Numbered from the stretch's first letter, positions 11,740-26,250 are shown. The stretch: 64,000 nt of DNA from Mobula hypostoma (GCF_963921235.1 NC_086109.1:20586001-20650000); one strand, 5' to 3'. A program made the numbers and translations. Notes: generated by a model from the sequence alone, not told the origin.

Positions 11740-13010
11740 AACCTAATTTTAATGTTCATTGTGTCCAGTTCAGGGCACTGTGGAACAGGAAAAATGTGAA
11801 AGCTTTAGACAGGATACAAAAGAGATTTACCAAAACAATTCCAGGGCAGAAGGAGTATGTGGATAAACTAGAGAAGGTGGGATCGTTATCCTCAGAAAAG
11901 GGGGGGATATTGTGAGATCTGGTTGAGCTATCTTAAAATCATGGAAGGTGTATATCAGTGTGATGAGGAAGTGTTCCCACTGAAGGAAGGGTCAAATCTA
12001 GGCACAGTCAATGAAAGCGAGTAGCCTGGAATACACTGCCAAGGGTAGTACGAGACAATTGTAGCATGAAGCTGAGTAATTTTCCAAAAGGAAAGAATTT
12101 ACAGGGCTAAAGGAAAGGAAATTAGTTAAATTACTCTAACGTACAGCCAATGAAAACTCAACAGGCTGAATGGCTTACTTCCATGTTATGACCATTCTGT
12201 GATTTTAAGGGCACGTGCTCAAGCAGAATTTAGAAAATTCAGAAAGAAATTCCATTTGTGCACTGATTAGATCTATATAGACTTGTTAATTATTTTTCAA
12301 TGAAGTAACCAAAAGAGAGACACAATGGGGAAAAACGTAGCAGACATGGCATATGTGGACTTGGAAAAGGTGTATGATAAAGTTCTGTATAATAGGCTTT
12401 TAGTTAAGATTGAAGTCAATGGAATAAAAGGGAATGGAGGAGCATGTCCACAGAGTAAATGGAACTATAAGAATATGGATGGAAGATTGGCTTAGTGATA
12501 GTAAACAGAGAAACAGATTGAATGTTTTAGGACTGGAGGAAAGTATAGACAGTGGGATGCCCTTGGATTTAATAAAGAGATCACTGCTTTTCTCCACCTA
12601 TAATAATGACATGGACTTGGGTGTACAGTACAAAATAGGAAACTGGAAATGATATAAAACATGGAGGTGTTGACTTCAAGGGAATATGACAGTATTGAAC
12701 AGGCTGATAAGTAACACATGATGTTTAATGCTGAGAAATGCAAATGTTACATTTTAATTGGAGAATGATTAGAAACAATATAAGCTAAAGGGCAATGTTC
12801 TAAAACAGGTACAAGAACAGACCTATCTGTGGGTATGTGTGCATAGTTCATCGGAAGTGGGGGGAAAAGCGGTTGAGAAAGCTGTTGAAAAAGTCCAAGG
12901 GACCCAGGGAAAATGTACAAGGCCCAGATAGTTTTTAATGTCCAATATTATAGCATTGTATCCGCAGTTTCAGAAAGATGCGAGGTCAGAGAGGACACAG
13001 AAGAGGACTA
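11740..13010 (+). mobile_element. Old CR1 LINE fragments
   Basis: 12343-12385 reads DMAYVDLEKVYDKV (DVVYLDFxKAFDKV-like); WMEDWLSDSKQR in ORF 12434..12652; atgatgtttaatgctgagaaatgcaaa (MxFNxxKCK). Confidence 0.7.
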
Positions 13011-14445
13011 GTGGATGAGCAACTTTAACAACATTGATATCAATGCCATTTAATAATATCTTGGCTTGATTATAGTCTCAACACCACATTTTTAGTCACA
13101 TTAATCTTTAATTTCCTTGTTCTTCCAATTATCTAACTACTCTGCCTTAAAAATATTCCGAGATTTCTGCTTCTGCCTTCAAGGAGGAGATTTCCAAAGA
13201 CTTGTAAATATTTAGTAACAGCTGCCTTAGGAGGTAATGGAGGCACATACTATTACAATGTTTAAAAGGCATTTGGACGGGAAAGGTATGGAGGGACAAG
13301 AACAAAGGCAAAATAACTTAAAATGACATGAGAAAAAAATTATGAAGTGGTTAAAGTTTAGAATGCACTGTTGGGATGGTGGTGAAGACAGATTTAATTG
13401 CTATGTTCCAGAATAACTGGCAAAGATGGAAAGGAAAGAATTAGTATGGCTATGAGAAGAATGTGGGAGCAGAACTAGCAAAAATCAGAATCAGCTTTAG
13501 TATCCCCAGCATATGTTGTGAAATTTGTTGTTTTGTGGCAACAGTACATAGTTCTTACATAGAGCCAGTACAGACTCAATGGATGGAACAGCCTCCTTCC
13601 ATTCTAGGACTATTATGTGACATAGTGCAGCACTACAGTATTCATTTACTTTCCAGCCAATGAATTACTTTTTAAGTGTACTCTGGTAAACTGGGCAAAC
13701 AATTTGCACATAGCAAGAGTTTGCAAAAGAAGAATGACCAGTGAATCTGCATATTTTGGGTTCATAAATAAAATACTGCAGATAATAAGAATCTGAATTT
13801 AAAAGATAGAAGATGCTAGAAATCTTCCGCTAGCATCTGTGGACGGAGGGAAGAAGTTTCTATTTCGGGTCATCATCTCAAGACGTTAACTCAGTCTCTC
13901 TTTCACCGGTACTACTTTTCTGTGTTTTTATTTGTGGTATTGGTAAAAGATTAAATGTTGTTCAAGTTGCAGGGGAGTGCCCCTATAATTTATGAAGTCC
14001 AGCCAGTTTTTTTTGTTCACTGATAAAGACAAGACAATTCAACATCATCTAAAAGGTATGTGCCACAGTTTGATACCCTCAATACTACTCTCGTATATTT
14101 AGCATAGATCATATGCTGAGTGCTGAGGAAAAAGAATGAGGGGATTGTGAAAGTTTGCTAAAAAAGAGAACAAATTTTATAAGATTTTAAACAGAGTGGA
14201 GGTTGTAGAGAATAGAAGCAGCTTAAGGAAATTTTGGCAAGTTAAATCATGAGATGAGAAAGTTATGAATTGGGGTTTCAGCAGTGTTGAAGCTGGGAAG
14301 GGTGCAGGTGAAGAAGGAACACAATAACATTTCATTACTTTATTAAAGCATGACTTTTATTTAAAACTCTATTCAAGGTTCTGCTAAATTAGACAGAAAA
14401 GCAACAATCTTCATCAAGGTATAAAGGTTGAATCATAAAACGTAC

Positions 14446-14538
14446 ATGGCAATAACTCTCGGTCTGCTGTTTCTGTGCAGCTGGGATATGGATAGAAAAG
14501 ATGACCTTTCTCCAAGGGATATGGGATCATTCGAAAAG
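14446..14538 (-). CDS. st7l: ST7-family coding exon, 93 nt: (T)[30 protein letters not shown]
   Basis: Read by hand: ctgctttcag|CTTTTCGA...TTGCCAT|gtacgt. Confidence 0.95.
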
Positions 14539-15225
14539 CTGAAAGCAGAACAGTAACACAGATAAGATATACAGTATTCAGTATAATAAACTACAGATGT
14601 TTATTCACTGCCACAATCTCCAGTGAGAATGTTTCTCTTCTTGTGAGATTCTGGGTATTAGTGATCAGAGTTTGAAAAAAAAAAGGGTCTGGTTTTACAT
14701 AACTGACCCTCAGATGAGGTAAACTTGACATAGGCCATGTGTGTTTGTGAATAATTGATCATACACTGTCTACACAATTTGATGTAATCAAGGAACCAAT
14801 CGCAATACCGAAGTCAGTTATTGCACACATTAATTTTATCTTGCTCATACTATCCTGTAGGCTTACAGTGAAACACAGCAGTGTGGCATACAACAGGAAG
14901 ATTTACCTAAAAACTAAGTTTATCCAGTCTACAAGATACTTTAAATTAGTTTCAGGATTTCACATGCCCCACTGAACAGCTGATTGAAGAAATCACCACA
15001 GGCAAATAGTTGATCTGAGAGTAAAGAATGAAAAGCAATGCTTTCAGCCAACTATCCTAGAATGGACAGAGCAGGCTAATTTTCATCTCCCCCTCCAGAG
15101 CGAGCAACTCATGGTTATCCATGGCATCTTGACACCCTGTGGAATATGCACTGCATGAACGAGATAGAGGAAAACGGATAGTTAGAATTAGAATGATGGA
15201 AGGCTAGATGACAGAAAGCAGGGAC

Positions 15226-15243
15226 CACACACACACACACACA
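15226..15243. repeat. (CA)n microsatellite
   Basis: cacacacacacacacaca run. Confidence 0.8.
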
Positions 15244-16789
15244 GAGAAATTTAAATATGATGGTGTGGATGCTACATAAACAAAAGTATACAAAATTGTA
15301 CTTTGAGTAGGAATGGCCACATCCAATTTCCCAATGTAACAATCAATTAGATGCATTTACTCTCTAATTGCAGCACACAGATCTGGTTCCAAAAGTTTGC
15401 ATGCAGATCAAATTATCTATGCTATGTGGTCAACAGGTAAGAGTACACAGAGCTAGAGATAATATATTGACATAGATTAAGAGCTGATTATTGACAGAGA
15501 GAAAGAATGAAAATAAAAGGATCTTTCTCAAGTTGTCAGGTTGTAACTAGTGGGTACCACAGGAATTGGTGCCTATAACCCAGCTAGTCAGAATCCAGAT
15601 CAACAATTTTGTTGAGGGGAGCAGGTTTTATTTTTCCAGATTTGTTGACACAAAACCAAGTGTGACAGAGAATAGGAAGGAGTTATAAAGAGGCTTCTGG
15701 AGAAAGGTCTTCCACAATCACACTACTTCTCCACTCTCACTACTTTAATAGCAAAAGTTCATATTTGCCTAATCTGCCAACTTCTACTAACTGCAGATAA
15801 AAATGCAAGTTTCACACCTTGAAATCTGAGCAGTTTGCACTGTTTGTAAAGTTAGAGCTCCGAGTCATGTGAACAGAAAAGAGTTGTGAAAGAATGCTAC
15901 CTTGTTTCAAGAAGCACACTTTCCTGGACTCACGTTCCCACAAGGTTCTCATATTAGGATTTATGCACCAAATTTGACAGTACATCTGTGTGGAGAATTC
16001 AGACTTTTAATAAGATTTTAGCATTTGCACCCAATGCATCACATTGTTGAGGCATCAATGTGTCCAGAGAGCAGGACAAGGGTGCAATCAGTGTAATTCC
16101 AGCTAGCCACCTCTGAACTAAAAGTTTTGCAAGCTACATACAACTCAGTGTTAATTTTTGGATAATTTCCCCAAGAGAAAACTTGAGACATCTGCTATGT
16201 TGAATTGTTGTTCCCACCATCTCATGTTCCGTGTCCAGTTAGATACTTAACATGAAAGAAAATCTTCCCAGTCCACCAAACTTGGAAAAATTATAAATTA
16301 TAGGTATTAGCTTACAGCCTACTCCAGAGAAAACTGAACAGCAGAGAAGCTAGGAAAGAACTTAAAATTTTGATATGTACATGATGTCTTGTCCACGAGT
16401 CTCATCCAAAAATCTTGGGCATTATCAGAGACAAGACTCTCTTATATAAGCTACAATTCACTAAAACTGGTCAGAAAGTCAAAACAAGGGTAAGCTCATC
16501 TTGAAATTCCACTCCAGAGTACTGCTCTGGCTTATGATCCTGTAGGTGCCACACAAAGAGTATATGGCAGTGACAGGGATCCTTAAGCTCAATCCAACAC
16601 AGTGGATACTAGTCCAAGCTCACATTTGCTCTGCCTGTCATTCACTGTGACGTCAATATCATCCACAAGATTAAAAAAGGGTTGCAGGCAACATCAGCCT
16701 CCCTTTCCTTAACAATTTACAAAATACCATTACACTGTTTAAAGTCCTAGGAAACTACAGCTATGTCCATACCATGGCATATCCATTGA

Positions 16790-17305
16790 GGCCTGGCATG
16801 GAAACACCAATGCCCAGGAATGGTAAAATCTACAGGAAGTGATAGATACAGCCCAGTCTGTCACAGATAAATCTTTCCCCACTATTGAGCACACTTACAA
16901 AGAGCACTGCCACAAAAAAGCAGCATCCATCGAGGACCCCCACCATTCAAGCCATGCTCTCTTCTCGCTACTACCATCAGGCAGAAGGTATAGGAACTTT
17001 GGGTCCATACCACCAGGTTCGGGAACAGTAATTATTATCCAACAACCATAACTTCATTCATTTGAATTCATTCCATAACCTACAGACACACTTTCAAGGA
17101 CTCTAAAATTTTTGTTCTCAGTATTATTTATATATCTATCTCTCTATTTGTTTTATTTGCACATTGGTTGTCAGTCATTAGTTTATGTATAGGTTTTCAT
17201 AAATTCTATTTTATTTCTTTACTTTCCTGTAAATATCTGCAAGAAAAGGAATCTCATGATAGCATATGGTGACGTACATGTATTTGATAATAAATTTACA
17301 GACTT
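16790..17305 (+). mobile_element. Rex1/Babar LINE 3' fragment
   Basis: ORF 16839..17051 has KAASIEDPHHSSHALFSLLPSGRRYR; tail matches 58800-59060. Confidence 0.8.
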
Positions 17306-18166
17306 CAACTTTGCTGGCATCAAATCCTCACTGATCTATCAGAGGCTCCTCTGATACAGTGAACTACCCAGAATTAACTTTGCATTTTGGGCCATTGGAC
17401 AGCTTCTGTTTGTGAGGTAGGTGGCCATGCCATCCCTGGTCAGTGCACTTTGGCCATGACTTCCACATTGTGATACAAAAATCACATCATTAAGATCCAT
17501 TGCAGAGGCAATCCACTTCTGCACTTGGCATCGGGAAGCTATTGAGTGGAGATCCCCTGATGTCCAGGAAAGGCTTTTACAATCAAGTGAACACTGATGA
17601 TTAGCTACAGTGAGGTTTAAGAGAACAGAGGCAGTGAAAGAAAGTTTTATAAAAGTAGATCCTCGATCATGAGGTAGGCTGATTGAACGTACTTTCCCCT
17701 AATGGAAGGAAGAAAGGAAAAAGGAATGTATAATATATCGGAATTCAGACAAAGCATGGGACAAGGTTTGCAAACATCTGGTTGCAGAGGTACAGAGAAC
17801 AAAACTATAGCAAGATTGAAGTACAATTATGCAGTCTTTGAGGCACTAGGGAAACAGAATCCACTATATGTCATAAAACGAAATAAGAAATCACTTTAAG
17901 ATGCTCCCTACTGATTGATTTTGTGCATTTTCTCTATTGAGGCCTAGTTTACATGCAACTCAGTATGGGAAATAAAAAAGGAGGATCTTGGGGACAGGGA
18001 GGGAAAGAGATTTAAGTACTTGATTGCAGACCATGGAGTGTAGCAGGCTAAACGGCAAAAAGACTTAGGAACTGGATTCCAATTCATTGCTATAGGGGAA
18101 GAAAAGAGGGAATACCTAATATATAGGAGCTATGAGAAAGGATTTAAAAAAAAAGGACTGCAAATA

Positions 18167-19779
18167 CAGTGGCATACAAAGGTTTGGGCACCCCTGGTCA
18201 AAATTTCTGTTACTGTGAATAGTTAAGTGAGTAGAAGATGAACTGATCTCCAAAAGTCATAAAGTTAAAGATGAAACATTCTTTTCAACATTTCAAGATT
18301 AGTGTATTATTTTCATTTTGTACAATTTTAGAGTGAAAAAAGGAAAGGAGCACCATGCAAAAGTTTGGGCACCCCAAGAGATTTGAGCTCTCAGATAACT
18401 TTTACCAAGGTCTCAGACCTTAATTAGCTTGTTAGGGCTGTGGCTTGTTCACAGTCATTGTTAGGAAAGGCCAGGTGATGCTAATTTCAAAGCTTTATAA
18501 ATACCCCCACTCCTCAAACCTTGTCCCAACAATCAGCAGCCGTGGGCTCCTCTAAGCATCTGCCTAGCACTCTGAACATTAAAATAAATGATGCCCACAA
18601 AGCAGGAGAAGGCTATAAGAAGATAGCAAAATGTTTTCAGGTAGCCATTTCCTCAGTTCGTAATGTAATTAAGAAATGGCAGTTAACAGGAATGGTGGAG
18701 GTCAAATTGAGGTCTGGAAGACCGAGAAAACTTTCCGAGAGGACTGCTCATTGGATTGTTAGAAAGGCAAATTAAATCCCCCGTTTGACTGCAAAAGACC
18801 TTCAGGAAGATTTAGCAGACTCTGGAGTGGTGGTGCACTGTTCTACTGTGCAGCGACACTGGCACAATTATGACCTTCATGGAAGAGTCATCAGAAGAAA
18901 AACTTTCCTGTGTCCTCACCACAAAATTCAGCATCAAAGGTTTGCAAAGGAACATCTAAACAAGCCTGATGTATTTTGAAAACAAGTCCTGTGGACTGAT
19001 GAAGTTAAAATAAAACTTTTTGGCCGCAATGAGCAAAGGTATGTTTGGAGAAAAAGGGGTGCAGAATTTCATGAAAAGAACACCTCTCCGACTGTTAAGC
19101 ACGGGGGTGGATCGATCATGCTTTGGGCTTGTGTTGCAGCCAGTGGCACGAGGAACATTTCACTGGTAGAGGGAAGAATGAATTCAATTAAATACCTGCA
19201 AATTCTGGAAGCAAACATCACACCGCCTGTAAAAAAGCTGAAGGTGAAAACAGGATGGCTTCTACAACAGGATATTGATCCTAAACACACCTCAAAATCC
19301 ACAATGGACTACCTCAAGAGGCGCAAACTGAAGGTTTTGCCATGGCCCTCACAGTCCCCCGACCTGAACATCATCGAAAATCTGTGGATAGACTTCAAAA
19401 GAGCAGTGCATGCAAGACGGTCCAAGAATCTCACAGAACTAGAAGCCTCATGCAAGGAAGAATGGGCGAAAATCCCCCAAGAATTGAAAGACTCTTAGCT
19501 AGCTACAGAAAGCGTTTACAAGCTGTGATACTAGCCAAAGGGGGTGTTACTAAGTACTGACCATGCAGGGTGCCCAACTTTTGCTTCGGGCCCTTTTCCT
19601 TTTTTTGTTATTTTGAAACTGTAAAAGATGGAAATAAAAAAGTGATCTTGCTTAAAATCTTAAAGAAATGTGTCATCTTCAACTTTATGCCTTTTGGAAA
19701 TCCGGTCATCTTTCACTCACTTAGCTATTCACAGTAACAGAAGTTTTGACCGGGGTGCCCAAACTTTTGCATACCACTG
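18167..19779 (+). mobile_element. Full-length Tc1 (DD34E, IR/DR type) DNA transposon, 1613 bp, TA target duplication
   Basis: ta|cagtggcatacaaaggtttgggcaccc ... gggtgcccaaacttttgcataccactg|ta; ~210-bp imperfect TIRs with inner direct repeats (aaaagtttgggcaccc at about 18358). Confidence 0.96.
18542..19560 (+). pseudogene. Disabled Tc1 transposase
   Basis: GRPRK, WTDE, QQD-34 aa-E(NLW), WPSQSPDLN. GTG at the expected start codon (18542), in-frame TAA 18773-75, TGA 18977-79, frameshift near 19480. Confidence 0.93.
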
Positions 19780-20639
19780 TATGTACAAGGGCAACTAACA
19801 ATCAAATCTTTCCTTAAGTAAATCCCGGTGGATATACTAATTCACATTACAAATTATAGGAACTTTATTACCTAGCAGTTTTTCTTGAGGAAACACACAG
19901 ATTTAAAATTTCCTTAATAGACTGGTCAGATTGTACAAATGCAACATTCTACCACTGAATATGTACAAATTCCAACTAATTCACATGTACATAACAAAAC
20001 TCTAACAAATGCAGTCCACATACATTGTACATCTTAGCACGTACTAAAATCCTCCCAATAAAACTAATCTATTCTAAAGAAATACCTCTAGATTTTTTTT
20101 AAACAGCAGTTGATTATCAGTAATTAGGATTAAGAAGAAAAGGCAATGAAATTTACATTCTAAAAATAAAGTCTCCCCATCCTCCAAGGCAATCATCCAC
20201 CCACCCATCCCCAACCAGCTAAAGTTACCTTCAATCAAGGTTTTGAGGCCCATGTTTACAGTGCCCTTGGGCTTTGTGTACAGGAAGGAAATAGAAGTGT
20301 GTTTATGTGGCGAAGAGTGGATCGGTACTGATGGGACTGCCTGAGCAATAGTGATTTATGATTATTTGTTTACAAGAAAGGGGCTAAGGTGAATATTTGG
20401 AGAGACGATATAAAAACAGTTTAGGTGTATTATCACAGCTCTTCCCCTCCTCCAGGGGAGATTTTAGAATTTTTAAAATGTTTAACATGAATATTCTTTC
20501 AGTTGATATTTCTTTTCCCAGATCCATTGCCTTTCTGATGACTTAATAAACTTAAGGTTGACAAAACAAGTGTAACAAGATCCAATTTTATTTTCAGTGG
20601 AGGTGGTTTTCTTAGTCCCCAGGCCAATAATTATCCTTC

Positions 20640-20795
20640 AGTCACCATCACTAAAGTAGCTTATCTGCTTATTTCTGTATGTGGAACCAAGATGTACTGA
20701 GATTTACCACTGTTTCCCACAATAACTTCTCTTCAAAAGTGCCACATTGCTTGTGAGACATCCTGGGGTTATGAAAGACTGAATATAAATGCAAT
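20640..20795 (+). mobile_element. Deu-domain SINE (SacSINE1/AmnSINE1-like) 3' relic
   Basis: ttcaaaagtg..cattg..tgtga..catcctggggttatgaaag..atataaatgcaa matches the recalled DeuSINE 3' end. Confidence 0.5.
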
Positions 20796-21794
20796 TACAT
20801 TCTTCTTAAATTCTGGTTCTTTGCACATACGCATATCAGTGTAATGGATCCCATGGAATTATTCAGTCAAAAAGGGCCTAAAAGTTCCCTCAGCGAGCTG
20901 ACCAAAATCGTTTCATTTATTGTCCTGGCCAATACCACCAGCTGAATTAATTCATCCCTGTTTGGGGATTCTGCTATTTCCAAAAATGACTGCCAAGATC
21001 GTCTACAGGATAATGGTTAATGGACTTTGACATAATTAATTCATGTGATGCACTTTGATATTTGTGACACAATACACAACGTATGCAAATAATTTTCTTC
21101 TATGATACAAGTAATCAGAAGATAAAAGTTTATATTTTTAAAAAGCTTTTCTCTGATTAGTATTGACAGAGTTTTATCCAGGGAACCTTAATTTCATGTT
21201 ACATTTTTTTAAATAAATCATTACTTGTTTAAGGTATCCATCATCGATAAGGTTTACAATTATAAAAGGGGGGCTATCTTAAAAATATTCCAGTTCAAAA
21301 GATGAAAAGAGCAACATTTAGACCAAGTAAGGCTAGGGTGATAGGTTTCTTTCCTAAAGGATACTAGTGCATAATTTTTTTAAAGCAGGAATCAGTTAAT
21401 TGTGCAAACACCAGCTCTGTATTTCATTGCTATTAAATGACTACAAATTCACTCAGTGGTACTCTGGATAATTGCCCTGGCATTAATTCAATAACATAGC
21501 CACTTCATTTCATCTCTCTTGTTCCTGGTCACAGGCAATCAGTCCCAGTGGCAGTCTGTTCAGAGGTGTCAGACAGGGATGTATACAATCCCTGCCTTAC
21601 CAATGGGAAGCATTTACTCAGGTATCCAAGGGGTCACAAGGCAGGATGGGATAAAAAGCTTCTCTTCATGCACACATCTTACATCAGTTCTCCTCTTTCA
21701 GCAGTGTGATAGAAGCCAAAACACCACATCAAAACATAATGTGCAACAATATTCAATAAACCAAGCACTAGAAAGTGATCACTGATTCACAAGT

Positions 21795-22527
21795 CCCTCC
21801 TGGCACATATCCCTGCAAGCAGCAAAAGTGCTACACCTGTCCATTCACCTCCTCCCTCACCTCCATTCAGTGTCCCAAACGTTCCTTCCAGGTGAGGCAA
21901 CACTTCATCTGCTAATCTGTTAGGGTCATCTACTGTATCCAGTGCTCTCGACGCGACCTCCTCTACATTGCTGAGATCCGATGTAGATTGGGGACCGCTT
22001 TGTCTCCATCAGCAAAAGACAATTTCTCGGTGGCCAACCATTTCAATTGCAATCCCCATTCACATTCTGACATGTCAATCCATAGCCTCCACTTCTGCCA
22101 TGATGAGGCTACTCTCAAATTGGAGAAGCAACACCTCATATTCTGTCTAGGTCGCATCCAACCCGATGGCATGAACCTCGATTTACCCAACTTAAAGTAA
22201 ACCTGCTTATTGCCTCCCCTTCCCCTCCAACTTCCCTTTCTCCTCTTCTATCAGACTTTTTCTCCAGCTCCTTTTTCCATCTATTACCTCCCAGTACTTA
22301 CTTTGTTCCCCCCTCCCCCATCCACATGGCTTCACTCATTACCTTCTAGTTTGTATTCCTTTCCCTCCCTCCACCTTCTTATTCTGGCATCCTCCCCCTT
22401 CTTTTCCAGTCCCTGAAATGTCAACTGTTCATTCATTTCCATAGATGCTGCCTGACCTGCTGAGTTCCTCCAGCATTTTGTGTGTGTTGCTTTGGATTTG
22501 CAGCATCTGCAGAATCTCTTGTGTTTT
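21795..22527 (+). mobile_element. Penelope-like (Neptune) 3' fragment with decayed GIY-YIG domain
   Basis: PCKQQKCYTCP and VIYCIQCSR..LYIAE at 21810-21975; EKQHLIFCLGRIQPDGMNLD; same 3' end as the other PLE copies. Confidence 0.88.
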
Positions 22528-23144
22528 AAATTTCAGAAGTTACCAGGAAAAAATAATATTCAAATCTCTCAGGTCTAAGTGTAATCCTGTTCTGAGTAAT
22601 TACTCTTAAATTCTTCCAAGTAGGTGAATAACAAAAACTAGCTTTATCCAGTCACCTATTTCCCATAAAACAAATTTAAGAATATCCTAAATTGAAAGCC
22701 TCAACTTTGTCGATTTACCATTTCATGATATCAACTGTTGAAGTGGTTACAGTTTCTAGACGTACTGCTGCTATCAAACTTCTGTGGCTCACTTGCGGGT
22801 AAGTAAGACTTACCACCTGACTTTCCTTTTTAAATACAATTAGGTTTGAAACCTGTGAAATGACAAGTGAGATGTTAGCAAGGTTTCCAGTATTTGAATC
22901 TTATATTCTATGACTATTACAAATGATGTGCATGGTGACCGATGACAGAGATTAAAACTACTGTCTATGAATAATAAAGGGTGGGTCAGCTAAGATGAGG
23001 GCACTGGAGAGTGGAAATGTCCAATATTTAGAAGGGGTGAAAGTATAACAAGAGTAAGTTAGTAACCGTACGGCAGTTGCAATAGCACCATCCACACCAT
23101 CAGTTCCAAGCTCATCAAAATCAACAAGCAAATTGCATCTTATG

Positions 23145-23677
23145 TATTTAGTGCCCACTTTATTTGGTACACCTGTACACCAGCTCATAAATACAAACAG
23201 TCAATCATGTGCCAACAACTCAATGCATAAAAGCATGCAGACACGGTCAAGAGTTTCAGTTGTTGTTCAGACCAAACTTCAAAATGGGGAAGAAATGCGA
23301 TCCAAGTGATTTTGACTGTGGAATGATGGTTGGTGCCAGATGGGGTGGTTTGAGCACATCAGAAACTGCTGATCTCCTGGGATCCTCTCACACATGCAAC
23401 AGTCTCTAGAATTTACATAGAATGATGCAAGGAGCAATAAACTTTTAGTGAGTGGTGGTTCTGTGGGTGAAAATGCCTTTTAAATGAGAAAAGTCAGGAG
23501 AATGGCCAGACTGGTTCAAGCTGACATGAAGGCGACAGTAACTCAAATAATCATGTGTCACAACGGAAGAGCATCTTTGAACACACAACACATTGATCCT
23601 TAGAGTAGATGGGCTGCAGCAGCAGAAGACCAGACCGGACTCCACTCCTGTACTTAATATTGAGTCGCCACTGGGTG
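23145..23677 (+). mobile_element. Non-autonomous Tc1-derived element
   Basis: Degenerate TIRs as at 718; transposase N-terminal remnant MGKKCDPSDFDCGMMVGARWGGLSTSETADLLG. Confidence 0.82.
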
Positions 23678-23993
23678 TTTATTGCGGTTCAAATGTCAAT
23701 AGCCAGGAAGGTGGGAACCAAAAGTAAACTACTAGCTTACTTTTTCTAACCAAAAGAAGGTCTTAAGTCTCGATCAAGATTATCTCCTAACCTACAAATC
23801 TCCAAATAAAGAATCACATGCTGGAAAATAATCACACCAGGCAGGTTTAGAAAGCAGAGAAACCCTTTGCATTCAGTTAATCTTCATTACAAAAACAGCA
23901 TGAGACTCGTCGTGCTCAGACGATCCAATTAAACAAGATCACTTGAAAATCACACTGAATTAGTTTTGGCACAAACCGCAAAAGGATACTTAC

Positions 23994-24144
23994 TGCCTTC
24001 CCATGTGCAGTGCAATAGGTTAAGGGCTCCCTCCACTCTCTTCCAGTGCTGAAGGTGAAAGAAAGCATATGCTATTGCTTCACTGTCTCCCCGCTTCAGA
24101 ATGTGTTCCGGTGGCAAAATTAAACTTTTCATTTCTAGTAAATA
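23994..24144 (-). CDS. st7l: ST7-family coding exon, 151 nt: [50 protein letters not shown]
   Basis: Overlaps ORF 23950..24132; tttttccatag|TAT ... GGCA|gtaagt. Confidence 0.96.
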
Positions 24145-24395
24145 CTATGGAAAAATAAAGAACAGAAAAATTGGTAAGCGGTAATAACTTTCAAAGACAG
24201 GAGATATTATGAAGAGGGAGAACTTCAGAAGATCTGAATATTAAAAGATTACTTTCACCAATTTTCACACAAAACTTAAAGTCCTAACTTCATTGTGGAT
24301 ATTTTGGACAATTATTACACTTCTGTGGTACAACTGCAACTTTGCTACAGTGAAAAATTAACATCTACAATTTTGAGCCAATATGATTAGCTTAG

Positions 24396-24701
24396 TCACA
24401 TGCACATCGAAACATTAAAACATGCAGTGAAATTCATCATTCTGCATCAACAACCACAGTACGAGGATGACGCTGGGGCAGCCCACAAATGTCGCCACAC
24501 TTCCAACGCCAACATAGCGTGCCCAAAACTCACTAAACCGAACCATTCACCTTTGGGATGTGAGAGAAAACCGGAACACCTGAAGGAAACCCACGTAGTC
24601 ATGGGGAGAACATACAAACCCCTTACAGATAGCACCTGGAACTGAACTCCTACTGGTGATTGCTGGTGTGGTAAAGAGATTGTGCTAACAGCTACACCAC
24701 C
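24396..24701 (-). mobile_element. V-domain SINE with a different (Rex1-like) tail
   Basis: V-core at 24550-24630; tRNA head end gctaacagctacaccac; tail shared with 43595-43872. Confidence 0.7.
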
Positions 24702-25974
24702 ATGTCACCATATTCCTTCACCCTCTCTGGTTTTCTAATTTTTCCCAGCAGGTTCACTTTTCCAGATCTGTATTTTGCCACTTTTCATCACTCCCCTGTT
24801 CCTCACATTGTTCCATATATCCATCGAGGTTCTGGGTTGCTACCAAGGACTACATTAAGTAGAGATACAGTACCAGTACAGTAATCCCTAAAAAATTTAT
24901 TTGATCTTGCAAAGCATACAGAAAACAGCAGTAATATGAATATACTGAATGTCTTATCTTATACGACATCATTTTAGATAATGACAAAATCCTACTGGGA
25001 TAAAAGTAAAAATCAGACTTTTACTCGGTATGGGCAGTGGTTCCACCTTCCATCTAAACTGAACTCATGAATATATCAAAAGGTTTATATGGGTCATCAA
25101 TTTCCTTACTACTGCAAAACTAAGCTATGTAAACTTTGCAACATTAAACATATCGGCACAATGTGTTTAGGCAAAGTGCATTAAAATTAAAGCATAAACT
25201 GTGCAATATTTGTATGACACCTACGCAGAGTATTGTTAAAATTACAGCATAGCATTGTACTGTGTGCCAGTCCTATAGAATGCAGCAATTTACTTACAGC
25301 TTTCCAATTCCTGCTGCTGGAATGTTTAACGCTGTAATCCTCCCTCCATCAACCATGCATTTCATTGGAAAACTATGCCAATTTCACGGTTTGCCCTCAA
25401 TAGTCCCTGTGGCAGAATACAATCTTCCAGCCCATCTCTACCTCCTTCCTCCCCCTGCCCCACCTTGTTCCACCTGCCCCCTCTCCTTACCTGTCACTAC
25501 TTTTCACCAGCAGCCAGCGTCTCCCACTCTACCCCACTTGGCTCCACCTGCCCATCATCCCACTCCTCATCTGATTCTTAACTATCACCTAGCAGTGCCT
25601 GTCTCACCCTGCGCTCTCACCTCCTATACTGGCCATCTCTCCTCTACACTCTCAGAACTGATGCAGGGTCTTGATCTGAAACATTGATTGTCCCTCTGCC
25701 TCCAGATGTTGCTTGTCCCACGAGTTCCCCCGTAGTTTGTTGTTTTTACTCCAGATTACAGCATCTGCCATCTGAATCTCTATACTGGCTGCCTGAATAA
25801 ATTTCTAAGTTTTCATGACATTTTAATCTGTCACCAAGTCCCAAGGTTCATTGTTTGGATCCTCACCAATGGACTGCTTTGCCATTATAGTCTCTCAATT
25901 GGCAGCATCTTTGAGAAGGTGGCACTGTGCAGCATTAGAGGAGGAATTACAAGGGAGAAATAGAGTTTGAAAGT

Positions 25975-26250
25975 GAATTTGCATTTATCTAACACTATGC
26001 TTCCTGTGAGACTTCCAAGCACTTGAAAGCCAATTAACTACTTTGAAGTTCAATCACTGCTATAGTGTAGCAAGCATAACAGCAAATTTTGACAGAACAA
26101 AATTCCACTAAATTGCAATGAGATAAATTGTCACAAAACTTGTTTTAGCTCCATTGACTGAGAGATAAACATTGGTCAGGACATTAGGACAGTCCTCTAT
26201 TCTTCAAAACTTAGTACTCCAAAATCATCCAAAATTCCTGACCTCTGTGA
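25975..26250 (-). mobile_element. Deu-domain SINE relic
   Basis: ttgcatttat..agccaattaactactttgaagt..gcaatgagataa..gagagataaacattggtcaggaca matches the reverse complement of the recalled Deu consensus. Confidence 0.6.
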
